Shown: positions 27,301 to 39,300 of the stretch, in pieces
Numbering within the stretch: the stretch's first letter is position 1
Layout: each line of letters starts with the position of its first letter
NCBI GenBank assembly: GCA_965240325.2
Contig: OZ251226.1
Span: forward strand, 1,550,001-1,614,000
Length of the DNA stretch: 64,000 nucleotides
Direction: 5' to 3'
DNA from: Rebecca billardiae RCC1528
Lineage: Eukaryota; Protista; Haptophyta
Made by a program: the position numbers and the translations under genes
Notes under the pieces: generated by a model
What the model was told of the DNA's origin: nothing
Database searches by the model: none
What the model saw: only the letters and a program-made list of their open reading frames with translations

Positions 27301-30300
27301 CCGCGAACGCGACGAACGAGTGGATGAAGCCAGCCAGGTCCTCCGGAACCTTGTACTTGTCCCAGATCAGCTCCTTGCGCTGCTTGATGCGCTGGCCCGC
27401 CACGGCAGCGTCCACGATCGCGTCGCACAACGGCGAGCGCACAAACCGAGCCAGCGCGTCGCCCGCGAGCTTCTTGCCAATCTCGGACACCTTCTCCTCC
27501 ACGGCGCGCATGTCCATCGACTTGGCCTGCGCAGAGCTCAGACCGAGGTGGCGCTCGAGCACCGTGCGCTTCCGCACGTCGCGAGACGCGCCCGCCGCCA
27601 TGCTGCTCAGCTTCCGACCCTCGGACCAGAACTCGAGCTCGCTGTCCTCGTTGGACTCCTTCAGGAACGAGCGGAACGCGTCGTACGCCTGCGCGTCCTC
27701 AGTCAGACGCTCCAGGCTCGACTCAGAGTCGAGCGTCCACTTCAGACGAGTGAACAGCGCCTGCGCCGAGCGGAACTGACGCTCCTTCGCGCCCTCGTCC
27801 ACATACACCGCCTGCGCAGCAAACGTCGACGGCTGCGCAGACGCCGGCATGCGCCGCGGCAGCAGCTCGCGCAGCGCCGACAGCGCCTGCTGCTCCTCCG
27901 CCGTCTGCTCCTCCGCGCACGACAGCACGCCCAGCGAGTACCGGTACTCGCCGTTCGTGTCCATCACCGGCGTAAGCGACAGGTCGTTCGTGAAGCGAGA
28001 GCCGTTCTTGCGGTAGTTCGTCACCTGCACGTGCAGCTCCTTCTTCTTGCGCAGCGCGCGCACCATCTTCGACACGATGTTCGGCTCCGTCCGGTCGCCC
28101 TGCAAGAAGCGGCAGTTGCGGCCCTCCACCTCGTACTTCGGGTAGCCGGTCACGCGCGTGAAGCCGCCGTTGCAGTACATCACCGTCACGCCCGGCACCG
28201 TCATGTCCGTGATCGCAACCGCGAGCGGCAGCTGATCGACGGCCGCCTTGAGCGCGCCCAGCCACGTGCCGTCGCCCACGCTCGGCACGCTGCCCGCGCT
28301 CAGCGCCTGCAGGATCTCCATCGTCGGCTGCGGAAGGCTGAAGCCGCCACCGCCGTCGCCCATGCCGCCCGCGCCGCCCATTGCGCTCGGCGGCTGCTGC
28401 GCCGCCATGCCCATGCCCATGCCCATGCCCGGCGCCATCGACATGCGCGAAGGCGGCGCGCCTGACGACATGCTCATCGACGCGCGCGGCGCCATCGCCG
28501 GGCTCATCGACATTGGCGGCGCCATCATCGGCGCCGCCATCGTCGGCGCCATCGGCGTCTCGTCGAACGGCAGGCTGCCGCCCGAGATCTCCGCCATCAT
28601 CTCGTCGTGGTGGTCCGCGTAGCGGTCGGCGCCCTGCATGTCGAGCGCGGTCGGCGGCATCGCGGCGGTCGTCTCGAGCGCCTGCTTCAGCAGCTCGTCC
28701 TCCGTCTTGCCCATCTCCGCCGGCAGACGCTCCTTGCGGTGCTTCGGGCCCACCTGATCCGAGCGGTGCGACACCTCCACCTCCGACGGCAGCAGCTGCA
28801 GCAGCTGACCCAGCTTCGCCAACCGCTCCTTCAGGTCGCTCCCGCCGCCAACCTCGAACTGCACGCCAAAGCACAGGCGGTACACGCCGTTCGAGTCGTG
28901 CACCGGACGCATCGACAGCAGGTTCTGGAACGTCTCGCCGTTCTTGCGGTAGTTGGTGATCTTCACGAAGCAGTCCGCGCCGCGGCGGAGCGTGTCCTGG
29001 ATGATCGCCACAGACGCCGGCTCCGTGCGCGGGCCCTGCAAGAACCGGCAGTTCCGACCCTGCGCCTCGTGCTTCGCAAAGCCCGTCACGCGGCAGAACT
29101 CGCGGTTCACAAACAGCATCGGGTTGCCCGGCATCGCCATGTCCGACAGCACGATGCACGCCTTGAACGTCTCCGCGAACGCGACGAACGAGTGGATGAA
29201 GCCAGCCAGGTCCTCCGGAACCTTGTACTTGTCCCAGATCAGGTCCTTGCGCTGCTTGATGCGCTGGCCCGCCACGGCAGCGTCCACGATCGCGTCGCAC
29301 AACGGCGAGCGCACAAACCGAGCCAGCGCGTCGCCCGCGAGCTTCTTGCCAATCTCGGACACCTTCTCCTCCACGGCGCGCATGTCCATCGACTTGGCCT
29401 GCGCAGAGCTCAGACCGAGGTGGCGCTCGAGCACCGTGCGCTTCCGCACGTCGCGAGACGCGCCCGCCGCCATGCTGCTCAGCTTCCGACCCTCGGACCA
29501 GAACTCGAGCTCGCTGTCCTCGTTGGACTCCTTCAGGAACGAGCGGAACGCGTCGTACGCCTGCGCGTCCTCAGTCAGACGCTCCAGGCTCGACTCAGAG
29601 TCGAGCGTCCACTTCAGACGAGTGAACAGCGCCTGCGCCGAGCGGAACTGACGCTCCTTCGCGCCCTCGTCCACATACACCGCCTGCGCAGCAAACGTCG
29701 ACGGCTGCGCAGACGCCGGCATGCGCCGCGGCAGCAGCTCGCGCAGCGCCGACAGCGCCTGCTGCTCCTCCGCCGTCTGCTCCTCCGCGCACGACAGCAC
29801 GCCCAGCGAGTACCGGTACTCGCCGTTCGTGTCCATCACCGGCGTGAGCGACAGGTCGTTCGTGAAGCGAGAGCCGTTCTTGCGGTAGTTCGTCACCTGC
29901 ACGTGCAGCTCCTTCTTCTTGCGCAGCGCGCGCACCATCTTCGACACGATGTTCGGCTCCGTCCGGTCGCCCTGCAAGAAGCGGCAGTTGCGGCCCTCCA
30001 CCTCGTACTTCGGGTAGCCGGTCACGCGCGTGAAGCCGCCGTTGCAGTACATCACCGTCACGCCCGGCACCGTCATGTCCGTGATCGCAACCGCGAGCGG
30101 CAGCTGATCGACGGCCGCCTTGAGCGCGCCCAGCCACGTGCCGTCGCCCACGCTCGGCACGCTGCCCGCGCTCAGCGCCTGCAGGATCTCCATCGTCGGC
30201 TGCGGAAGGCTGAAGCCGCCACCGCCGTCGCCCATGCCGCCCGCGCCGCCCATTGCGCTCGGCGGCTGCTGCGCCGCCATGCCCATGCCCATGCCCATGC

Positions 30301-33300
30301 CCGGCGCCATCGACATGCGCGAAGGCGGCGCGCCCGACGACATGCTCATCGACGCGCGCGGCGCCATCGCCGGGCTCATCGACATTGGCGGCGCCATCAT
30401 CGGCGCCGCCATCGTCGGCGCCATCGGCGTCTCGTCGAACGGCAGGCTGCCGCCCGAGATCTCCGCCATCATCTCGTCGTGGTGGTCCGCGTAGCGGTCG
30501 GCGCCCTGCATGTCGAGCGCGGTCGGCGGCATCGCGGCGGTCGTCTCGAGCGCCTGCTTCAGCAGCTCGTCCTCCGTCTTGCCCATCTCCGCCGGCAGAC
30601 GCTCCTTGCGGTGCTTCGGGCCCACCTGATCCGAGCGGTGCGACACCTCCACCTCCGACGGCAGCAGCTGCAGCAGCTGACCCAGCTTCGCCAACCGCTC
30701 CTTCAGGTCGCTCCCGCCGCCAACCTCGAACTGCACGCCAAAGCACAGGCGGTACACGCCGTTCGAGTCGTGCACCGGACGCATCGACAGCAGGTTCTGG
30801 AACGTCTCGCCGTTCTTGCGGTAGTTGGTGATCTTCACGAAGCAGTCCGCGCCGCGGCGGAGCGTGTCCTGGATGATCGCCACAGACGCCGGCTCCGTGC
30901 GCGGGCCCTGCAAGAACCGGCAGTTCCGACCCTGCGCCTCGTGCTTCGCAAAGCCCGTCACGCGGCAGAACTCGCGGTTCACAAACAGCATCGGGTTGCC
31001 CGGCATCGCCATGTCCGACAGCACGATGCACGCCTTGAACGTCTCCGCGAACGCGACGAACGAGTGGATGAAGCCAGCCAGGTCCTCCGGAACCTTGTAC
31101 TTGTCCCAGATCAGGTCCTTGCGCTGCTTGATGCGCTGGCCCGCCACGGCAGCGTCCACGATCGCGTCGCACAACGGCGAGCGCACAAACCGAGCCAGCG
31201 CGTCGCCCGCGAGCTTCTTGCCAATCTCGGACACCTTCTCCTCCACGGCGCGCATGTCCATCGACTTGGCCTGCGCAGAGCTCAGACCGAGGTGGCGCTC
31301 GAGCACCGTGCGCTTCCGCACGTCGCGAGACGCGCCCGCCGCCATGCTGCTCAGCTTCCGACCCTCGGACCAGAACTCGAGCTCGCTGTCCTCGTTGGAC
31401 TCCTTCAGGAACGAGCGGAACGCGTCGTACGCCTGCGCGTCCTCAGTCAGACGCTCCAGGCTCGACTCAGAGTCGAGCGTCCACTTCAGACGAGTGAACA
31501 GCGCCTGCGCCGAGCGGAACTGACGCTCCTTCGCGCCCTCGTCCACGTGCACCACGTCCGCCGCGAACGTCGACGGCTGCGCAGACGCCGGCATGCGCCG
31601 CGGCAGCAGCTCGCGCAGCGCCGACAGCGCCTGCTGCTCCTCCGCCGTCTGCTCCTCCGCGCACGACAGCACGCCCAGCGAGTACCGGTACTCGCCGTTC
31701 GTGTCCATCACCGGCGTGAGCGACAGGTCGTTCGTGAAGCGAGAGCCGTTCTTGCGGTAGTTCGTCACCTGCACGTGCAGCTCCTTCTTCTTGCGCAGCG
31801 CGCGCACCATCTTCGACACGATGTTCGGCTCCGTCCGGTCGCCCTGCAAGAAGCGGCAGTTGCGGCCCTCCACCTCGTACTTCGGGTAGCCGGTCACGCG
31901 CGTGAAGCCGCCGTTGCAGTACATCACCGTCACGCCCGGCACCGTCATGTCCGTGATCGCAACCGCGAGCGGCAGCTGATCGACGGCCGCCTTGAGCGCG
32001 CCCAGCCACGTGCCGTCGCCCACGCTCGGCACGCTGCCCGCGCTCAGCGCCTGCAGGATCTCCATCGTCGGCTGCGGAAGGCTGAAGCCGCCACCGCCGT
32101 CGCCCATGCCGCCCGCGCCGCCCCTCGCGCTCGGCGGCTGCTGCGTCGCCATGCCCATGCCCATGCCCATGCCCGGCGCCATCGACATGCGCGGCGCCAT
32201 CGACATGCGCGAAGGCGGCGCGCCCGACGACATGCTCATCGACGCGCGCGGCGCCATCGCCGGGCTCATCGACATTGGCGGCGCCATCATCGGCGCCGCC
32301 ATCGTCGGCGCCATCGGCGTCTCGTCGAACGGCAGGCTGCCGCCCGAGATCTCCGCCATCATCTCGTCGTGGTGGTCCGCGTAGCGGTCGGCGCCCTGCA
32401 TGTCGAGCGCGGTCGGCGGCATCGCGGCGGTCGTCTCGAGCGCCTGCTTCAGCAGCTCGTCCTCCGTCTTGCCCATCTCCGCCGGCAGACGCTCCTTGCG
32501 GTGCTTCGGGCCCACCTGATCCGAGCGGTGCGACACCTCCACCTCCGACGGCAGCAGCTGCAGCAGCTGACCCAGCTTCGCCAACCGCTCCTTCAGGTCG
32601 CTCCCGCCGCCAACCTCGAACTGCACGCCAAAGCACAGGCGGTACACGCCGTTCGAGTCGTGCACCGGACGCATCGACAGCAGGTTCTGGAACGTCTCGC
32701 CGTTCTTGCGGTAGTTGGTGATCTTCACGAAGCAGTCCGCGCCGCGGCGGAGCGTGTCCTGGATGATCGCCACAGACGCCGGCTCCGTGCGCGGGCCCTG
32801 CAAGAACCGGCAGTTCCGACCCTGCGCCTCGTGCTTCGCAAAGCCCGTCACGCGGCAGAACTCGCGGTTCACAAACAGCATCGGGTTGCCCGGCATCGCC
32901 ATGTCCGACAGCACGATGCACGCCTTGAACGTCTCCGCGAACGCGACGAACGAGTGGATGAAGCCAGCCAGGTCCTCCGGAACCTTGTACTTGTCCCAGA
33001 TCAGCTCCTTGCGCTGCTTGATGCGCTGGCCCGCCACGGCAGCGTCCACGATCGCGTCGCACAACGGCGAGCGCACAAACCGAGCCAGCGCGTCGCCCGC
33101 GAGCTTCTTGCCAATCTCGGACACCTTCTCCTCCACGGCGCGCATGTCCATCGACTTGGCCTGCGCAGAGCTCAGACCGAGGTGGCGCTCGAGCACCGTG
33201 CGCTTCCGCACGTCGCGAGACGCGCCCGCCGCCATGCTGCTCAGCTTCCGACCCTCGGACCAGAACTCGAGCTCGCTGTCCTCGTTGGACTCCTTCAGGA

Positions 33301-36300
33301 ACGAGCGGAACGCGTCGTACGCCTGCGCGTCCTCAGTCAGACGCTCCAGGCTCGACTCAGAGTCGAGCGTCCACTTCAGACGAGTGAACAGCGCCTGCGC
33401 CGAGCGGAACTGACGCTCCTTCGCGCCCTCGTCCACGTGCACCACGTCCGCCGCGAACGTCGACGGCTGCGCAGACGCCGGCATGCGCCGCGGCAGCAGC
33501 TCGCGCAGCGCCGACAGCGCCTGCTGCTCCTCAGCCGTCTGCTCCTCCGCGCACGACAGCACGCCCAGCGAGTACCGGTACTCGCCGTTCGTGTCCATCA
33601 CCGGCGTGAGCGACAGGTCGTTCGTGAAGCGAGAGCCGTTCTTGCGGTAGTTCGTCACCTGCACGTGCAGCTCCTTCTTCTTGCGCAGCGCGCGCACCAT
33701 CTTCGACACGATGTTCGGCTCCGTCCGGTCGCCCTGCAAGAAGCGGCAGTTGCGGCCCTCTACCTCGTACTTCGGGTAGCCGGTCACGCGCATGAAGCCG
33801 CCGTTGCAGTACATCACCGTCACGCCCGGCACCGTCATGTCCGTGATCGCAACCGCGAGCGGCAGCTGATCGACGGCCGCCTTGAGCGCGCCCAGCCACG
33901 TGCCGTCGCCCACGCTCGGCATCGTGCCGCTGCCCTCGCCCGCCGCCCGCAGCGCCTGCAGAATGTCTGTCGACGCGAGGGGAAGCGTTGTCGCGGTCTC
34001 ATCGGCCACACCGGAAGTGCTCACGCCAGCCGTATCCCTCGAATCTGCCCCGGCATACATGCCGGGCTGGGGCCACGGCGATGAGTCGAGCCCGTGCGCC
34101 GGCGACTCAGGCAAAAATCCCACAACGCTGTCGAGCGAAGGCTGTTCATCCTCCATCACGTACGAGGGCTCGTCCGGATAGCTTGGTAACTCCGCGATAT
34201 ACTCGAGCATCTCGTCGTGGTGGTCCGCGTAACGGTCGGCGCCCTGCATGTCGAGCGCGGTCGGCGGGATCGTCGCAGTCGTCTCGAGCGCCTGCTTCAG
34301 CAGCTCGTCCTCCGTCTTGCCGAAGTCACTGCTCGACACCTCCTTGCGGTGCTTCGGACCCACCCGCTGCGATGAGTGGTGCACGTCGATCTCGGACGGG
34401 AGCAGCTGCAGCAGCTGACCCAGCTTCGCCAACCGCTCCTTCAGGTCGCTCCCGCCGCCAACCTCGAACTGCACGCCAAAGCACAGGCGGTACACGCCGT
34501 TCGAGTCGTGCACCGGACGCATCGACAGCAGGTTCTGGAACGTCTCGCCGTTCTTGCGGTAGTTGGTGATCTTCACAAAGCAGTCCGCGCCGCGGCGGAG
34601 CGTGTCCTGGATGATCGCCACAGACGCCGGCTCCGTGCGCGGGCCCTGCAAGAACCGGCAGTTCCGACCCTGCGCCTCGCGCTTCGCAAAGCCGGTCACG
34701 CGGCAGAACTCGCGGTTCACAAACAGCATCGGGTTGCCCGGCATCGCCATGTCCGACAGCACGATGCACGCCTTGAACGTCTCCGCGAACGCGACGAACG
34801 AGTGGATGAAGCCAGCCAGGTCCTCCGGCACCTTGTACTTGTCCCAGATCAGCTCCTTGCGCTGCTTGATGCGCTGGCCCGCCACAGCCGCGTCCACGAT
34901 CGGCTCGCACGCCGATGATCTGACAAAGTCGGGCAAGACCTCGTTGGCCAGCTTCGAGCCGATCTCTGCTGCTCGGCGCTGCACGCTCGCGAAATCGAGG
35001 AACTTCGCCTGCTCCGCGCTCAAGCCGAGGTACTTCTCGCAGATCGTGCGCTTCAGCACGTCGCGAGACGCGCCCGCCATCGTCGAAAGCCGGCGCGCCT
35101 CAACCCAAAACTCGAGCTCGTTCGCATCGCCGCCCGTGTCGCGCACGAACGCACGAAGCGCGCTCAATGCGCTGGTGTCGCCTACCAGACGCTCAAGGCT
35201 CTTCTCTGACTCGAGAGTCCACTGCAGCCGAGTGAACAGCGCTTGCGCCGAGCGGAACTGCCTGTCCTTCGCCTCGTCGTCTACCGCTGCTTCGCGCACG
35301 AAGCTCAGCGGCTGCGCAGACGCCGGCATGCGCCGCGGCAGCAGCTCGCGCAGCGCCGACAGCGCCTGCTGCTCCTCCGCCGTCTGCTCCTCCGCGCACG
35401 ACAGCACGCCCAGCGAGTACCGGTACTCGCCGTTCGTGTCCATCACCGGCGTGAGCGACAGGTCGTTCGTGAAGCGAGAGCCGTTCTTGCGGTAGTTCGT
35501 CACCTGCACGTGCAGCTCCTTCTTCTTGCGCAGCGCGCGCACCATCTTCGACACGATGTTCGGCTCCGTCCGGTCGCCCTGCAAGAAGCGGCAGTTGCGG
35601 CCCTCCACCTCGTACTTCGGGTAGCCGGTCACGCGCGTGAAGCCATCGTTGCAGTACATCACCGTCACGCCCGGCACCGTCATGTCCGTGATCGCAACCG
35701 CGAGCGGCAGCGGCTCGACGGCCGCCTTGAGCGCGCCCAGCCACGTGCCGTCGCCCACACTCGGCATCGTGCCGCTGCCCTCGCCCGCCTCGCTCAGTGC
35801 CTGCAGAATGTCCGTCGTGTCCAGTGGCAACAACGGCTCGAAGGTCTCGTCCTCGGGCCCGTGCTCGAGAGCAAGGGCGGCCACCTCCTCGAGCATCTCG
35901 TCGTGGTGGTCCGCGTAACGGTCGGCGCCCTGCATGTCGAGCGCGGTCGGCGGGATCGCGGCGGTCGTCTCGAGCGCCTGCTTCAGCAGCTCGTCCTCCG
36001 TCTTGCCGAAGTCACTGCTCGACACCTCCTTGCGGTGCTTCGGACCCACCCGCTGCGATGAGTGGTGCACGTCGATCTCGGACGGGAGCAGCTGCAGCAG
36101 CTGACCCAGCTTCGCCAACCGCTCCTTCAGGTCGCTCCCGCCGCCAACCTCGAACTGCACGCCAAAGCACAGGCGGTACACGCCGTTCGAGTCGTGCACC
36201 GGACGCATCGACAGCAGGTTCTGGAACGTCTCGCCGTTCTTGCGGTAGTTGGTGATCTTCACGAAGCAGTCCGCGCCGCGGCGGAGCGTGTCCTGGATGA

Positions 36301-39300
36301 TCGCCACAGATGCGGGCTCCGTGCGCGGGCCCTGCAAGAACCGGCAGTTCCGACCCTGCGCCTCGCGCTTCGCAAAGCCGGTCACGCGGCAGAACTCGCG
36401 GTTCACAAACAGCATCGGGTTGCCCGGCATCGCCATGTCCGACAGCACGATGCACGCCTTGAACGTCTCCGCGAACGCGACGAACGAGTGGATGAAGCCA
36501 GCCAGGTCCTCCGGCACCTTGTACTTGTCCCAGATCAGCTCCTTGCGCTGCTTGATGCGCTGGCCCGCCACAGCCGCGTCCACGATCGGCTCGCACGCCG
36601 ATGATCTGACAAAGTCGGGCAAGACCTCGTTGGCCAGCTTCGAGCCGATCTCTGCTGCTCGGCGCTGCACGCTCGCGAAGTCGATCGACTTCGCCTGCAC
36701 CGCGCTCAAGCCGATGTACTTCTCGCAGATCGTGCGCTTCAGCACGTCGCGAGATGCTCCCGCACCCATGCTCGACAACTTGCGCGCCTCAACCCAAAAC
36801 TCGAGCTCGTTCGCGTTGCCGCCCATGTCGCGCATGTACGCACGAAGCGCGCTCGACGCGCGGGAGTCACCCACCAGACGCTCCAGGCTCGACTCAGAGT
36901 CAAGCGTCCACTTCAGACGAGTGAACAGCGCCTGCGCCGAGCGGAACTGCCTGTCCTTCGCCTCGTCGTCCACCGCTGCTTCGCGCGCGAAGCTCAGCGG
37001 CTGCGCAGACGCCGGCATGCGCCGCGGCAGCAGCTCGCGCAGCGCCGACAGCGCCTGCTGCTCCTCCGCCGTCTGCTCCTCCGCGCACGACAGCACGCCC
37101 AGCGAGTACCGGTACTCGCCGTTCGTGTCCATCACCGGCGTGAGCGACAGGTCGTTCGTGAAGCGAGAGCCGTTCTTGCGGTAGTTCGTCACCTGCACGT
37201 GCAGCTCCTTCTTCTTGCGCAGCGCGCGCACCATCTTCGACACGATGTTCGGCTCCGTCCGGTCGCCCTGCAAGAAGCGGCAGTTCCGGCCCTCCACCTC
37301 GTACTTCGGGTAGCCGGTCACGCGCGTGAAGCCGCCGTTGCAGTACATCACCGTCACGCCCGGCACCGTCATGTCCGTGATCGCAACCGCGAGCGGCAGC
37401 TGATCGACGGCCGCCTTGAGCGCGCCCAGCCACGTGCCTTCGCCCACGCTCGGCATCGTGCCGCTGCCCTCGCCCGCCGCGCTCAGAGCACGAAGTATCT
37501 CCGTCGTCGTCTGAGGAAGGGGCCCTGCCAACGGCAATGCGCTCGACTCCAACCGCCGCGCGTGCGGCTTCTCCTCGTCCGCCAGCGCAATCACGTCGGT
37601 CAGGTCAGCGCTCGCAAATAATGGCACCTCGTCGTCGTGCGAGGCGGATGAGGGCTGACGAGGCGGCCACTGGTCTGATGGTTGGCGCGGGCGCGCGACG
37701 GAGGCGGCACTTGCCCCAAAAAGCTCAGGCTGTGCAGGCAAGCCGTTGAGATCCGACAGCATCTCGTCGTGATGATCGGCGAAGCGCTCGGAGCCCTGCA
37801 TGTCCTGTGCACCATCTGGCATGAGCGCGACCTGCTTGAGAGCAGCCTGCAAAGACTCCACCTCCGTCTTGCCCGTCTCCTCTGGCAACCGCTCCTTGCG
37901 ATGCCTTGGACCCACCCGCTCCGATGCGTGCTGCACCTGCACCTCCGACGGCAGCAGCTGCAGCAGCTGACCCAGCTTCGCCAACCGCTCCTTCAGGTCG
38001 CTCCCGCCGCCAACCTCGAACTGCACGCCAAAGCACAGGCGGTACACGCCGTTCGAGTCGTGCACCGGACGCATCGACAGCAGGTTCTGGAACGTCTCGC
38101 CGTTCTTGCGGTAGTTGGTGATCTTCACGAAGCAGTCCGCGCCGCGGCGGAGCGTGTCCTGGATGATCGCCACAGACGCCGGTTCCGTGCGCGGGCCCTG
38201 CAAGAAGCGGCAGTTCCGACCCTGCGCCTCGTGCTTCGCAAAGCCCGTCACGCGGCAGAACTCGCGGTTCACAAACAGCATCGGGTTGCCCGGCATCGCC
38301 ATGTCCGACAGCACGATGCACGCCGGGAACGTCTCCGCGAATGCGACGAACGAGTGGATGAAGCCAGACAGGTCATCCGGCACCTTGTACTTGTCCCAGA
38401 TCAGCTCCTTGCGCTGCTTGATGCGCTGGCTGCCGACAGCAGCCTCGACGAGGGGCGCGCATGCTGCCGAGCGGACAAAGCGAGGCACGCAGTCGAAGGC
38501 CAACCGTCCTCGGACCTCGGCGACCTTGCTCTCGATGGCGTCCATGTCCATCGCCTTCGCCTGCGCGCTCGTCATCTTGAGGTACTTCTCGCAGATCTTG
38601 CGCTTGTGCGCGTCGCGCGAGCCGCCCTTCATGTTGGCCAGCTTGCGCGACTCGATCCAGAACTCGAGCTCGCTGTCCTCGCCGGTCTGCTTAAGGAACG
38701 AGCGGAACGCGACGAGGGACGCGGCGTCGTCGGTCAAGCGCGTCAGCGTGGACTCCTCCTTGAGCGTCCACTGCAGCTTGGTGAAGAGCAGCTGCGCGTC
38801 GCGGAACTGCCTGTCCTTCGCCTCGTCGTCCACCGCTGCTTCGCGCGCGAAGCTCAGCGGCTGCGCAGACGCCGGCATGCGCCGCGGCAGCAGCTCGCGC
38901 AGCGCCGCCAGCGCCTGCTGCTCCCCCGCCGTCTGCAGCTCGAGGCACGACAGCACGCCCAACGAGTACCGGTACTCGCCGTTCGTGTCCATCACCGGCG
39001 TGAGCGACAGGTCGTTCGTGAAGCGAGAGCCGTCCTTGCGGTAGTTCGTCACCTGCACGTGCAGCTCCTTCTTCTTGCGCAGCGCGCGCACCATCTTCGA
39101 CACGATGTTCGGCTCCGTCCGGTCGCCCTGCAAGAAGCGGCAGTTCCGGCCCTCCACCTCGTACTTCGGGTAGCCGGTCACGCGCGTGAAGCCGCCGTTG
39201 CAGTACATCACCGTCACGCCCGGCACCGTCATGTCCGTGATCGCAACCGCGAGCGGCAGCTGATCGACGGCCGCCTTGAGCACGCCCAGCCACGTGCCGT

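Noticed and set aside
9761-34084. Very long plus-strand ORFs (6234 aa and 1825 aa), plus the repeated 232-aa and 525/531-aa ORFs
   Set aside because: Antisense and alternative-frame shadows of a GC3-rich repeated CDS: R/L/H/A-rich with no domains. The two longest are separated only by a synonymous change in the real frame at 28463-28465.
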